NCBI RefSeq assembly: GCF_028641065.1 | Contig: NC_073407.1 | Location: 21,390,001 to 21,454,000 of the forward strand | Origin: Leucoraja erinacea | Lineage: Eukaryota | Reading direction: 5' to 3' | DNA: 64,000 bases | Part shown: piece after piece, positions 12,301-32,319 of the stretch | Position numbering within the stretch: the first letter of the stretch is position 1 | How the letters are laid out: every line of letters starts with the position of its first letter | Made by a program: the position numbers and the translations under genes | The notes under the pieces: model-generated | The model's input: only the letters and a program-made list of their open reading frames with translations | What the model was told of the DNA's origin: nothing | Databases searched by the model: none

Positions 12301-13622
12301 TCTATAATAATAATAATAATCGCAATAATACAAATTTTAGTTTATGGGCGCCTTTCAAGAGTCTCAAGGACACCTTAAAAAAATTTAGCAGGTAGAGGAA
12401 TAAACAGGTAAGGGGAATGATTAAATAAATAGTAGAGGGACATGACTAGTACACAGAGTATTGTGTTGACAGAATTCAATACAAAACACAATATGAGACA
12501 ATTAATGCCCAAATGAAAAGGGAGGGGGACGTGGGGCTAAGGATAGGCAGAGGTGAAGAGATGGGTCTTGAGGCGGGACTGGAAGATGGTGAGGGACACA
12601 GAAGCGGTAAAAGTTGGTCAGGAATCTGGGGGGACAAGTGGGCTTTCTTGAGCCTACGGATCAGTTGGGGGAGGGAGTGCCAGAGCCTGGGAGCTGCCCT
12701 GGAGAAGGCTCTGTCCCCAAAACTGCGGAGGTTGGGCTTGTGGATGGATGACTGAGGAGAAGTCGACAATAATCTCCTTGTCGGCGGATGTGGTCAGGTG
12801 CTGGATCTCATCCCTGTAGGCTGATCTGTTGTCGGACCAGTCCTACTGAGGGTTGGTATATGGGGGAGAGGACACCTTACAAAAATTTAGAGGTCATGTA
12901 AGGGGAATGAAATAAAATAGTAGAGAGATGACTAGTACACAAAGTGGGGGGGGGGGGGGGGGGGATAGGGGGGCAGATGGGTGGAGGGCTTTGTGTGTGA
13001 CACAGAATCCGGATCAGTTCGTCTGCTTTGAACTGTCCTTTTCACACTAGTTTCCCCCTCAGTCTGAAGAAGGGTCTCATCCCAAAATGTCACCTATTCC
13101 TTTTTCCCATTTCCAGAGATGCTGAGTTACTCCAGTATGTGTCTATCTTCACACATCCTCAGGAAGGCCGTCAGCATCCATAAAGACTCCTCACACCCTT
13201 GTAACGGACTGTTCGAACTACTTCCCTCCGGCAGACGTTACAAGGCCTTCTACGCCCGAACCTCCAGACTCAGAAACAGCTTTATTCCCAGAGCTATAGC
13301 GGCTCTGAACCGGCCCTGCTGAGTGCTCCCCCGCCCCCCTCCCCCCCTGGACTGTCTCCCTCGGATGGTCACATCACACAACTTATTTATTTATTTTACT
13401 TTTATTTTACATCGGTTGGAAGCTGCATACTAAATCTCGTTGCATTGATGTGCAATGACAATAAAGATATATTATTATTATTATTATTCTGTGTAAACAT
13501 TGTGTTTTTGTGTGTGCCCTTTATTATTGTATCGCTGCTGACGTATCATTTCACTTGCACTTTTTGTGCAATGTGACAAATAAACCGTTGTATTGTATTG
13601 TATTGTATTGTACAGTCAGTGG

Positions 13623-13651
13623 CAAAGATCTTATATGCTAGAAGATCTTTG
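13623..13651. mobile_element. 29-bp hAT TIR-only micro-element in the RPL7A promoter
   Basis: CAAAGATCTTATATGCTAGAAGATCTTTG flanked by 8-bp TSD GTCAGTGG (13615-13622, 13652-13659). Confidence 0.8.
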
Positions 13652-13659
13652 GTCAGTGG

Positions 13660-13755
13660 GGGCGCGGTCCCTTTAAATTGAAGCCACGCGAGAACTGGCG
13701 CGGGTATTACCGGGCATGCGTGGCTTCTCCGCCCTCTTTCTATGCCCCCGCCGCC
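13660..13755 (+). promoter_or_regulatory. RPL7A promoter and 5'-TOP start
   Basis: CpG island 13660-14230; oligopyrimidine CTCTTTCT at about 13734 just before the exon-1 ATG; YY1-like GCCGCCATTTTG in intron 1 (about 13950). Confidence 0.75.
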
Positions 13756-20473
<6,718 letters not shown>

Positions 20474-21000
20474 ATCTTGTTAACTCTCCCCATTGTACAT
20501 AAATTAAAAAAATCATGTTCGTTTTCCTGCGTATGTTGTGAATTAAGACAGTGCCTGGTCTTGAGACTACAACAGACTACAGATGTTCAGTTTCCCCTAT
20601 AGCACCTGGTTAATGGTTAGATGAGTGGCATGTTGTATTTCACACACAACTGGTAACTTCCCTTTTATTAACCAGTTCCATACATACATTCCATGGAGTC
20701 TGTACTATAATGACTGACTGGTGATCTTGTAATTTGCTGAGCTGTGTAATGCAGTAGAAGGAATGTCCCTCAAGTTCTCCACATCAACCACCACCTGTGA
20801 TTCTCACAGATGCTTCTTTAGCCACCAATAACTCAGCAAACCAGAGTGGAAATCAATGTCAATGCAGGACAACTGAAGAAATTATGTATTATAACAGGTT
20901 GTAGTTAATTTTAATGGAAAATTTACATCATGATCCATGGAAAAACAGGAAGGCGATAAAATTTCAGAAGATCTGCCGTTATACTTTAATCAACTGGTCT

Positions 21001-24000
21001 CTACGCAGGGATTTTCCGTATGAACTTCTGGAACCACATATAGGACGTAGCTGCACAAAGTCCATACCTGTCAAAGAAAAACAATCCATTGTATATGGTT
21101 ACTATGACCTAACGGATCACTTAACAATTACCAGCATTTTGATGGCATAGACATAGAATTTAAACACCAGTTATCCAATAGAGAACCCAGTAGTTTACTT
21201 TTTCTCCTGTGACTATTCGTAAGAATAATGTGCATTTAAAAGTTGAGCAGGAGAACAAGTAAAAGAAACACCATTGAGGTAGTGTGTATTGAACATGAAT
21301 CTGCCATGCAGGACTGGAATCATGTTCAACTTAGCTGCTCAAACTAGCATTAATTAAGACATGAGTATGCCCTGCACTACTACCCATTGTTGCTATTGGT
21401 ATTGGGTTATTTTTTATCACATCTATCAAGACACAGTAGAAAAAACTATTTTGCATGTTATCCAAACCATACAATAAACAAATATATAGGCAGTGCAAAA
21501 GCGAATAAGTAAAGAGAAAGTTCAGATTTAAAGTGCACTGTCCTTGTCATTTGGAAGATCTGGAATTCGTCCCTTGCACATGAAGGCTGTGCAAGATAAT
21601 AGCGGATGGTGGAAAATGGGCTGTCAAAAATGAGAACTGGTCTACCCAGCCTGTGCTTATGGCCACAGCATCACACCTGCTTAGTTCTGGAACCACTGTT
21701 ACTGAATACTAAAGTTCTATTGATGCATTGTCTAAAGTATCCCAACTGGTTGAGTTTTTTTTAAGGAGGTGATGGATGAGGTATGCGCAGTGAATGCTGT
21801 CTACATGAATTTAGTAAGGTTTTTGATGCAGTCTCCCCAAGTAGGTTGATCCAGAAGATTATGATGCAGGATATTAACAGTCATTTGGATGAACAACTGG
21901 TTACAGAGGACATGGATATAGTGAAAAGACAATATTCTGGCTGGAGGTCTGGCCAATGGAGTTGTTATTTTTATTGATTTAGATGTAAACGTAGATAGGT
22001 TGGTTGGCAAGTTTGCACCAAGATTGCTGGGGTTGTGGACTGGGAAGGCTGTTAGGATATAATTCTGCTTCTGAAATGGGAAATGGAGTTTAATCTGAGC
22101 AAATGTGGTGTGGTTATGGGAGGTCGAATGCAAGGGAAAAACACAACATACGTAACAAAACATACAATTGGCAAAATATGGCAATTCTTAACTCCCTGAA
22201 AGTTGCAACACATGTAGATAGTGGTAAATAAGGCATATGGTACACTTGCTTACATGGGTCAGGAGGTCTTGTGGAAAATCCCTGCCACTGGGCAATGGAG
22301 GCCAATTCACTGGATGGATTTAAGAGAGTTAGATAGAGCTCTAGGGGCTAGTGGAATCGAGGGATATGGGGAGAAGGCAGGCACGGGTTATTGATTGGGG
22401 ACGATCAGCCATGGCCTGCACCTGTTTTCTAATTCATGATGCAACTTAAAACTACTTTGGTTCGGGCCGCATTTGGAGTATTGTGTGCAGTTCTGATTGC
22501 CCCATTACAGGAAGGATGTAGAGACTTTGGAAATGATGCAGAGGGAATGGAGATGGTCTTGTACAATTTATGTGCAAGTATAATTTATAATTCTTTATGT
22601 TACCTAAGTCTATGTAACTGCGATGCTGCTGCAAGCACAATTGTCATTCCGTGTACCTCACCGTACCCGCGTATTTGAATGTAAACCTGACTTGTAATTT
22701 TGAGGGTACACAAAATTGCTGGAGAAACTCAGCGGGTGCAGCAGCATCTATGGAGCAAAGAAAATAGGCGATGTTTCAGGCCGAAACCCTTCTTCAGACA
22801 TTTTGAGATTAGGGCTCACAATAATTTCTCTTGAGATCAGCCTTTGACAGAGACACAACCTAGTCTACCAGCCATGGTCTTACCAGGTTAGGATGTACTG
22901 CAGGTGCTCATTCCTCAAGGTGATGCGAGTCTGCCCACCCACTGGCCCTCCAGCGACTGTGCTGTCTGTAAGAGACGGTGGTGCAATTAGATATACAAGG
23001 ATGCACCATTCTGCACGATGTGCTCAGAACATCCTAAGGTGGTTCAGTCATTTGGAGTTAATTTTGTAGATACTTGTAATTCTAGTCTGAGAAAGGGATT
23101 GTGTTGCCCCTAGATTACCATTGCTCCCAGCCCCCCACTGTTACTGTCGTCCATAACATTCTACAGTCTGCATCTCCCATCCCAGATGTCACTGATAGGT
23201 TCACTTTGGTCCGTTTTATGAGCACAAATAATGAGGCCACGTTTTCTTCTGGCAAATAGTTATTCAGAAAGCATAGGGGAGCACTGGACCCGAGAGTACA
23301 GATATACACGTTATTAAAGAAGAAAGCAGCTCTCCCTCACTGATAGGACAGCACAAAGAAATATACCTGACGCCGGCAAGTCTTACCAAAGTCTGCGTCA
23401 ATAAGGATAGGTTCAGTGTGCACAATCTGTGCCATTGCCTCCAAGTCCCGGTAGTGCCAGATGTTCTTCTCAATATCATTCTGAGGAATGAATGGTTTGC
23501 GTGTCTCAGACAGTCGAACGATGCCAACCAGCTCCACCTCGTCAGTAATCTGGGGGAGTTAATACATAACATAACTTACTGAGGGCGAAAAACCTCTCAG
23601 CTCCTCAGAGATGTGGAGTCCAAATACCAATTCTCCATGACACAAAATGCAGGAGTAACTCAGAGGGACAGGCAGCATCTCTGGGGAGAAGGAATGGGTG
23701 ACATTTTGGGTCAAGACCTTTCTTCAGACTTCTGTGCTACAGCCTTTTGTGTCTACGGTTTAAGCTAGAATCTGTAGTTCCTTCCTACCAATTCACCACC
23801 ACTAGTGTTGAGACCCCACACAGGAGTCAGGATCGAACCCTGTGAGGCAGCAGGTGCCACCAAATGCTGAAATAAACTAATCTCCTGTACAGACAATATT
23901 CTGGTAAACCTCTTTCTGGAATCAGTCTGGAGTACAGAGAAGGTTCACCAGACTGATTCCTGGGATGTCAGGACTTTCATATGAACAAAGACTGGATAGA

Positions 24001-27000
24001 CTCAGTTTGTACTCGCTAGAATTTAGAAGATTGAGGGGGGATCTTATAGAAACTTACAAAATTCTTATGGGGTTGGACAGGCGAGATGCAGGAAGATTGT
24101 TTCCGATGTTGGGGAAGTCCAGAACAAGGGGTCACAGTTTAAGGATAAGGCGGAAATCTTTTAGGACCGAAATGAGGAAAACGTTTTTTCACACAGAGAG
24201 TGGTGAATCTGTGGAATTCTCTGCCACAGAAGGTAGTTGAGGCCAGTTCATTGGCTATATTTAAGAGGGAGTTGTGGCTAAAGGGATCAGGGGGTATGGA
24301 GAGAAGGCAGGTACAGGATACTGAGTTGGATGATCAGCCATGATCATATTGAATGGTGTTGCAGGCTCGAAGGGCCGAATGGCCTACTCCTGCACCTATT
24401 TTCTATGTTTCTGTACCCTCTCCAAAGTCTCTACATCCTGTAATGGGCCAACCAGAACTGCACACAATACTCCAAATGCTACAATCAAAGTTCTGCAAAG
24501 CTGCAATATGATTTCCTGACCCTGAAGGCAAGCATACCATGCACCACCGCTTTACCACTCTTAACTACTTGTGCTCCCACTTGGAGCTATAGACTTGGAC
24601 CCCACGATCCCTGAAGTGCCCCTTACCTTCACCCCACACTCACCTGTCCTTTTCTTCTCGTTTCTGGATTGATCTTCCTTCTAGGTACAAAGCCCCTGTT
24701 CACAAGGATTCGCACTCTGAAAGAAACAATTACGTAGTTCACCTGGAGAGCATGGTGCAAATGCACTGGCTGAGATTTAACGTTGGCCCTGTTGTCCCAG
24801 GCCAGAGGATGACTGCAGAGAAAAGGTAATCTGCTGTAATGATCACAATCTGGGCTTCACATAAGCCGTGCTAACCTACAGTGGAGGGTTTGGTGGCAGA
24901 GGGGGCTTCAATGAGATCTAGACCCCAACATGGGTTTCACTGGGCAGGTTATCAGCTAGTGTTTGATGACTGCTCATGGTAAGTACTGGATTCTAATAGG
25001 GAAATTCCCAGAAATAGCCCGTAGAATATTTATCGTTTGACTGTTTTTCCCACTGTCAGAACATTGATGTCAAAAATAAACAGTCTCAAATGGAAGTGCT
25101 GGCGGGACTGTGAAAAAGGGTCTCGACCCGAAAGGTCACCCATTCCTTCTCTCCAGAGATGCTGTCTGTCCCGTTGAGTTACTCCAGCTTTTTGTGTCTC
25201 TTCGGTTTAAACCAGCATCTGCAGTTCCTTTCTACTTTGGGTTATTTACTGTAACCTCTTGGATTCTATTTAAGAGGCTGAAGGTCTCCTCATGTTCATG
25301 TGCATAGTCTCAAGGGCCTTGACAGCCTCGTCCTGCTGTTCCCAACAAAATAAACTTTTCCACTCCCCTTACCTACTCTAACCTCACCCCCTTTGAACTA
25401 ATAGCCCTCCAGGCACTCTGCAGCAACCCCAACATTACAATCAAAGCCGCCGACAAAGGAGGTGCCGTGGTAGTCTGGTGCTCTGACAACTCTCAGCCAT
25501 CTCCTCCTACTAATCCTTGGACCATAATCCCACAGACGAGCACCAGGCCTTAATCTCAAACACCATTTCTGATTTAATCACTTCTGGCAGTCTGACTTCT
25601 CCAGCCTCCAACCTTATCGTTTCCCAGCCCCACACAGCCCCGTTCTACCTTCTCTCCAAAATCCATAAACACAACAGCCCTTGTAGACCTATTGTTTCTG
25701 CCTGCTCCTGTCCCACAGAAATAATTTCCACATACCTCGACTCCATCCTATGCCCCCTGGTCCAATCTCTCCTGACCTATGTCCAAGAAACCTCATATGC
25801 CCTTTTCTCTTCAATGATTCCCTCGTCTTTACTATGGAAGTTCAGTCACTCTACACCTCCATCCCCCACCAGGAAGGCCTTAACGTCCTCCATTTCTTCC
25901 TCGGCCGCAGAACCATCCAAGTTCCCTCAGCTATCATTCTTCTCCGCCTAGCAGAGCTGTTCCTCACCCCCAACAACTTCTTCTTTGACTCCTCCCACTT
26001 CCTCCAATTCCAAGGCGTAGCTATGGGCACCCGCATGGACCCCAGTTATGCCTGCCTCTTTGTAGGATACGTTGAACAATCCTTGTTCCAGGTGTACACT
26101 GAACTCTATCTCCGTTACTTTGATGATTGCATCCGTGCTACCTCCTGCACCCATGCAGAACATATGGACTTTATTAACTTCACTACCAATTTTCATCCTG
26201 CACTCAAATTTACTTGGACCTATTGACTGACGAGGGGCTGAACAGCCTCATCCTGCTGTTCCCACCTTAAACCCAAGGGGCTGAATGACCTTGTCCTGTT
26301 GTTCCAGTTTAGTAGACTGGAGGGGCTGAATGGCCTTGTCCTGCTGTTCCCAGCTAAAACGAGGGGTTGAATGGCCTTGTCCTGTTGTCCCAGTTTAGTA
26401 AACTGGAGGGGGTGGGCAGTTTTAACTTGCCCTTCAGGCTCTGGGACCGCTGACGTACCCCAGGTCTGTGCAGTAGAAGGGCGTGACAACGTTGGCACCG
26501 GTGTCTCCGCTGGACGTCAGGCGGCCCGCCTCTCTTGCCTCCTTTTCGGGGTCCACCTGCGACCGGGGCATGATGTAGAGCTCGCTGGAGTGGTCGAACC
26601 TCCCGCGTACCATCACCCGCCTGTACTCCAGCTTCTTCACGTCCAGTTGACTGTGGGGCACAGAGGTGAGAGGTGGAAACGGTGGTGCACAAAACAAGCC
26701 GTAAAACCAAACATGTGTGACGAGGTCAGTATTACCCCGGGAGGGGGGGGGGGGGGAGCAGGGTGGGTCAGTGTGGCCCTGGGGGAGGGTCACTGTCACA
26801 ACAGGGGGAGGGGTTCAATGCCAGTCTTACTTACTCCAGGGGAAGGGGCACGGGCTCCAAGCAGCTTCTCTCTGCTAGAGCCTCGATTAGCCGCAGTTTC
26901 CTTTTGCGACGTTGAACCTTAAGGGAAGGGAGAGCGAGAATGTCAGAGACAGGCATGTAGATCAACATGGCAAGAATCAGCCACACACCCAATTGGACAC

Positions 27001-28305
27001 TTGGACTCGCACAAGGAACTGATCTGTAACATAACTGGATCCAGATTACAGGGGAACAGGCAACCTCTAGGTCCTTCTCTGTAGTTCCCTTTCCCAGTGC
27101 AAGTGTCAGCCGGAGTTAGTCAGACCATTACACCCTGGACATCCAAGCTCCAGAGTGACCATAACCCTACAATGGCCCTTGGTTCCATGGTCTCTGACAC
27201 TGCACACAGGCTGCCAGACCCATCCTAAACCCAGACACCTCACAGCGAAGGCCATCCCCACTCTGATCCGGTCAGCACGTAACAAAAGCTTTTCACTGTA
27301 CCTCGGTACACATGACAATAAACCAAAAGCTAAACTGAAAAAAACTAACCCCACTGACCAGTGCAGTCACCAGCAAAGCCCACGCTGTCCCCTGACCCCA
27401 CACAATGACTACAGAGCATTGTTTAATTGGCAACACACTGACACAGGGGAACAGCAAGCAAATATGCCAAACAAATAAAACACCCTCTCATCCTGCGCAT
27501 GGGCTCCCCCTCAGTGCGGTGAGTGAACATGAACCGAACGGCGAAGATACCTGCCAGGTTCCGAGACCAAAGGTTGTGACCGGGATCAGAAGCAGGGCCC
27601 ACTTCAGGAAGGAATCATTGGTGCCCTCAGCAACCGTCGCCGTGGAGCTGCGTGCCACATTGTGCCCGACGACAACCCCTGAACAATAAACACAGTCTGA
27701 GTAACGGCAGATCCTGAGGTTGTTTATCACTGCCCTCAACTCCATTCGCCCTGCAACCGAGCGCACGTACTGGAGGGCTATAGAGGATGAGGAACAGATT
27801 GTGCACAGAACTTCCTTACCTTTGGTTTTTCTTGTGGCAGAGCACAAGATCAAGTGGCCATCTCTGTAGGCCTTTGTTGAGCAGTTATTCAATATCTGTG
27901 GAATAGATAGGAGACTGAGGAAAGGTTTGACGGGACCTGGCGTTAGTGCTAGTGTATGTGTGCGTATATATACACACATTTGCTCTACTGTCCATCCTTT
28001 GCTCTCACACTGATTCCAATTCAGAAGGTCGTTTGGCCCATCCTCCTAAATTTATGGTACACGATGACAGATCTGTGCACTCCAGCACCGTAGCCTCGTG
28101 GTTTACAGTGATGGTCCTCTATCCATGACATACAGTGGCAGACCAATGACCCAGGTACAATCCTACTCCCCAGTGCTACATATCTGGAGTTTGCATGTTT
28201 GTGCTGTCATCATGTCGCATCTCCTCTGTACCCGGATACATGAATAAAGTGAAGCAGGCTGCGATGATTTGAAGGATGAATCTAATGGATGAATATATAT
28301 AAATA

Positions 28306-28363
<58 letters not shown>

Positions 28364-28861
28364 AAGGCTTAAACGGCTTTAATAAACTGATGGCCAGGAA
28401 TAGGCATGTACCCAAAAATAACCAGAGTTGTTAACCTATTGTACTTGCGTTTGGCTTGCTTGTATTCGTGTGTAATATCGTCTGATTTAATTGGAGATCA
28501 TGCAAACAAACGCTCTTCACTGTTCATGACAATAACGAACCTAAACCCGGCAATTCATTTAATGAAGGGGAGGGGGGGTGCAACATAAAGTGATGGCAAT
28601 GGGAGTCATTCTGTGCAACCAGCGCTGCGAATAGCCAGCCTTACTGGGAATAGGAGGCGTCATCAAGGGTGGGGGGCAGAGAGAGGGTCAGCGACGGTGC
28701 CCCAGGCGGGAATTGTCTGTGTCTGTGTCTGTGTCTGTGTCTGTGTCTGTGTCCGTGTCCGTGTCTGTGTCTGTGTCTGTGTCTGTGTCTGTGTCGGCCC
28801 CGAGCTGAGACTCACTCACCCAGAGCCCGAGGAGCCGCGACCCGCGGGCCGCCCGCAGCAT
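21001..28861 (-). CDS. SURF1: Surfeit locus protein 1 (cytochrome c oxidase assembly factor), 9 exons, about 301 aa
   Basis: Coding exons 28861-28820, 27895-27820, 27678-27551, 26917-26835, 26650-26459, 24716-24644, 23549-23387, 22965-22884, 21067-21001 (906 nt, phases consistent). Motifs [58 protein letters not shown]. Exons 1-2 are less certain than 3-9. AATAAA on the minus strand at 20669-20664. Confidence 0.95.
23925..24410 (+). mobile_element. CR1/HER1-type LINE 3' fragment in SURF1 intron 6
   Basis: [31 protein letters not shown]...TRGHSLRI, then the shared 3' UTR ending TTCTATGTTTCT; near-identical copies at 29957-30395 (-) and 63270-63770 (+). Confidence 0.85.
25350..26225 (+). mobile_element. 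Degenerate Penelope-like element reverse transcriptase fragment in SURF1 intron 5
   Basis: Frameshifted PLE RT motifs [65 protein letters not shown]. Confidence 0.85.
28292..28361. repeat. (AT)n microsatellite
   Basis: Long AT dinucleotide run in SURF1 intron 1. Confidence 0.95.
28714..28794. repeat. (GTCTGT)n hexamer microsatellite
   Basis: About 13 copies just inside SURF1 intron 1; explains the VCVCVC and DTDTDT ORFs. Confidence 0.95.
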
Positions 28862-29085
28862 TCTGCACAGCACACAAACCGGAAGCACGGCCACGCTTCC
28901 GCCGGCGTCAGCTGACCACAGCTGGGCCGCGGACCACGTGATCCTTTCCCCCTAGACCCCGTGACTTGGCCTGCGGGACACGTGACGTGACCCGTTCTAT
29001 ACTGTAGACCGGGACCACGTGATCCTGACCCCCCCACGGTGACCCCGGCTGCCAACTGCGGGACACGTGACCCGTTCTAGTCTGT
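28862..29085 (-). promoter_or_regulatory. SURF1 CpG-island promoter
   Basis: ETS sites ACCGGAAG (about 28878) and CTTCCG (about 28896); CACGTG E-boxes at 28935, 28979, 29016, 29064. Confidence 0.7.
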
Positions 29086-29086
29086 G

Positions 29087-29490
29087 GGACCACGTGACTT
29101 GGCCTAGACCGGCGACCACGTGACTGGGCCTAGACCGGTGACCACGTGACTTGGCCTAGACCGGGGACCACGTGACTGGGCCTAGACCGGGGACCACGTG
29201 ACTGGGCCTAGACCGGTGACCACGTGACTTGGCCTAGACCGGGAACCACGTGACTGGGCCTAGACCGGGGACCACGTGACTGGGCCTAGACCGGTGACCA
29301 CGTGACTGGGCCTAGACCGGGACCACGTGATTGGGCCTAGACCGGGAACCACGTGACTTGGCCTAGACCGGCGACCACGTGACCGGGCCTAGACCGGGGA
29401 CCACATGACTGGGCCTAGACCGGGGACCACATGACTGGGCCTAGACCGTGGACCACGTGACCGGGCCTAGACTGGGAACCACGTGGCCAG
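29087..29490. repeat. 26-bp minisatellite, about 16 units, each with a CACGTG E-box (two CACATG variants)
   Basis: Unit ACCACGTGACTGGGCCTAGACCGGGG with 26-bp period from 29091 to 29480. Confidence 0.95.
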
Positions 29491-29564
29491 GTTTACTGGG
29501 CTGACGGGGCCACGTGATTGTCCGGGCTGATGGACAGGATGTTGACCAAAGATGGTCGGATTTC

Positions 29565-30450
29565 TTGGTCCTCCAAAATATTCCAAATGGAATTTAAACT
29601 GGAGGTGGTGAAGGGAGGGCTTAAGCCAGAAAGGGTTATTGCGAAGAAAGAGCTACTTTAAATTTAGTTGCACCTGGTTGGGTAACTATAGTAGGGTGGA
29701 GATTATTCCATGCTTTAAATGTGCGGGGGAAGAACGAATTGCTGTACACATCTGTCTTTGTAGCTGGGATCACAAATTGGATCGAATGCCCTGGTCTGCT
29801 CCTAATTAGTTTGGGTTTGGTGTAGGTCTTGTAGTCTATGTCGAGCTGACCATTTAACATTTTGTAAAAACAGGTTAAACGGTGAGCTTCACGTCTGTCT
29901 TGGAGAGGGTTCCACCCCAGAGAATTCAGAAGTTTGGTGACACTCGCTTCTCTCTCATAGAAACATAGAAATTAGGTGCAGGAGTAGGCCATTCGGCCCT
30001 TCGAGCCTGCACCGCCATTCAATATGATCATGGCTGATCATCCAAATCAGTATCCTGTACCTGCCTTCTCTCCATACCCCCTGATCCCTTTAGCCACAAG
30101 GGCCACATCTAACTCCCTCTTAAATATAGCCAATGGACTGGCCTCAACTACCTTCTGTGGCAGTGAATTCCAGAGATTCACCACTCTCTGTGTGAAAAAT
30201 GTTTTCCTCATCTCGGTCCTAAAAGATTTCCCCCTTATCCTTAAACTGTGACCCCTAGTTCTGGACTTCCCCAACATCGGGAACAATCTTCCTGCATCTA
30301 GCCTGTCCAACCCCTTAAGAATTTTGTAAGTTTCTATAAGATCCCCCCTCAATCTTCTAAACTGTAGCGAGTACAAACCGTGTCTATCCAGTCTCATAGG
30401 TATTAGTAAGAAATCGAGCTGCCTGTCTTTAGACAGGTTCGATGGAAGAT
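29565..30450 (-). mobile_element. L2/CR1-group LINE 3' end interrupted by a CR1/HER1 fragment (29957-30395)
   Basis: ORF ...IPATKTDVYSNSFFPRTFKAWNNL; same family as 54050-55280 and the 5242-5325 tail. Confidence 0.75.
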
Positions 30451-32319
30451 GGGTCTAGGCCAATGACCACACGACCCGCGGGACACGTCACTCCGGGTCT
30501 GGCAGTTGCAGCATCCTGTCTGTGTTGCTCTGCCTCCTCCAGCGTCCACTGACCTCTTAACCTCAGCCCTGTTTAAACCTCAGACCGTCTCTGCTGATCA
30601 CTGTTTGTTCATGTCACGAGTTTGTTGGACGTGGTCCTGATATTAAAAGTCAGCCAGATAAATGTGAAGAGGAAAGACACAAAGTCCTGGAGTACCTCAG
30701 CAGGCCAGACAGCTGTATCACCAGTCTGAAGAAGGGTCTCAACCCGAAACGTCGCCAACTCCTTCTCTCCAGAGATGCTACCTGTCCCGCTGAGTTACCC
30801 CAGCATTTTTTGTCAATCCACAAGATGTATGTTAGATTGGGTTAAGTTCAAGAGGGCACCTGCTATCTAAATATTCAGATCTGCGCAAGGGGTAACGTAC
30901 TAAAAGGAAAATATGACCAGAATTCTCCTATATTTTCCTGCATATTGATGACAAAGTCGGGACTCTTGTAACTTAACGTGTTTTTTGACATTCAATGCAG
31001 AAACAAGTACATCGTGCTCATGGTAGGCTCTATTCGTTGGTTGATACAAGGTATTTTTGGTCAATATATTAATTAACATTATTCACAATAACATCCAATC
31101 ACTTCAAGCGTCATGTGTATTTGACTGTCACGTTCCACTCATATCCTGACTATCTTTTTCTCCAGGGATGCTGCCTGACCCGCTGAGTTACTCCAGCTTT
31201 TTGTGTCTGGCTTCATTGCAAAATAAGCTTCCTGTTGTGCAGGAAGGAACTGCAGATGCTGGTTTAAACCAACGATAGACACAAAAAGCTGGAGTAACTC
31301 AGCGGGACAGGCAGCACCTCTGGAGAGAAGGAATGGGTGACGTTTCAGGTCGAGACCCTTCTTCAGACTGGTTAGGGTTAAGGGAAACGAGAGATGATGT
31401 AGAGAGATAAAGAACAAAAGATTTATAATTGTAATTAATTTATTAGCCAAGTATGTAAACATACAAGGAATTTGATAGGTAAAAAATTAACGATGATAAA
31501 GGAAACAGGCCATTGTTAGCTGTTTGTTGGGTGAAAATGAGAAGCTTGTGCGACTTGGGTGGGGGAAGGATATAGAGAGAGGAAATGCCGGAGCTACCTG
31601 AAGTGAGAGAAATCAATATTCATACCACTGGGCTGTAAGCTGCCCAAGCAAAATCAGTGGACCTGCTTCTCTGCCTGTTTCTGCGCCAACGTTCATGGTT
31701 TGTTTAACTGGAGGGATGCTGGCAGAGTTGATACTTTATCCCAACTCCCTAGAGACTGACATTTAGAATGATTGAGTTTTACAGTTTTTGTGATCTGCAT
31801 TATTTCAGAATTACAGCTGTGGGAGTTCACAGTGTTCTAGATTTACAGTCCTTCTACTTTGCAGTATTTCTAGGTGCCAGCTGATAACTGTATGAGGACA
31901 CTAAATCCAAGATGCATTCCACTTCAGCTTTCATGCAATTTTTTCTTCCGTTGCCTTCGTTTAATTCAGTTGTCTTTTGTTGACTTGCTTTTTGCCCTTA
32001 ATTCCAGGGAATCAACAATATGTGTCCAAGATGACTGATAAACATCGCCTGATTGATGACAACTTTAAATGAAATATCAGGTCTTCAAATTCTTCTGCTA
32101 CAATAAAGGGAATTCATTTCAAAGTATCATGGACTCTTCCCAGTACCAAGCAAAGGAAAGGGCGTGAGATTGTGTGCAACATGCCTGGCCTTCGCACATT
32201 TGAATCGTGTGACTATGCAAGGAAACCACATTAGTCACGATGCTATGTGAGATGCACGCAACACAGTGCAGTTAAACTCTGATATTCTGCCACCTCTTGG
32301 CTTGGAAATTCCGTTGGCC

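Noticed and set aside
28613-28941. VC/CL/DT low-complexity ORFs
   Set aside because: Translations of the (GTCTGT)n microsatellite.
29087-29490. 26-bp repeats as CRISPR repeats or iterons
   Set aside because: Head-to-tail minisatellite without spacers.
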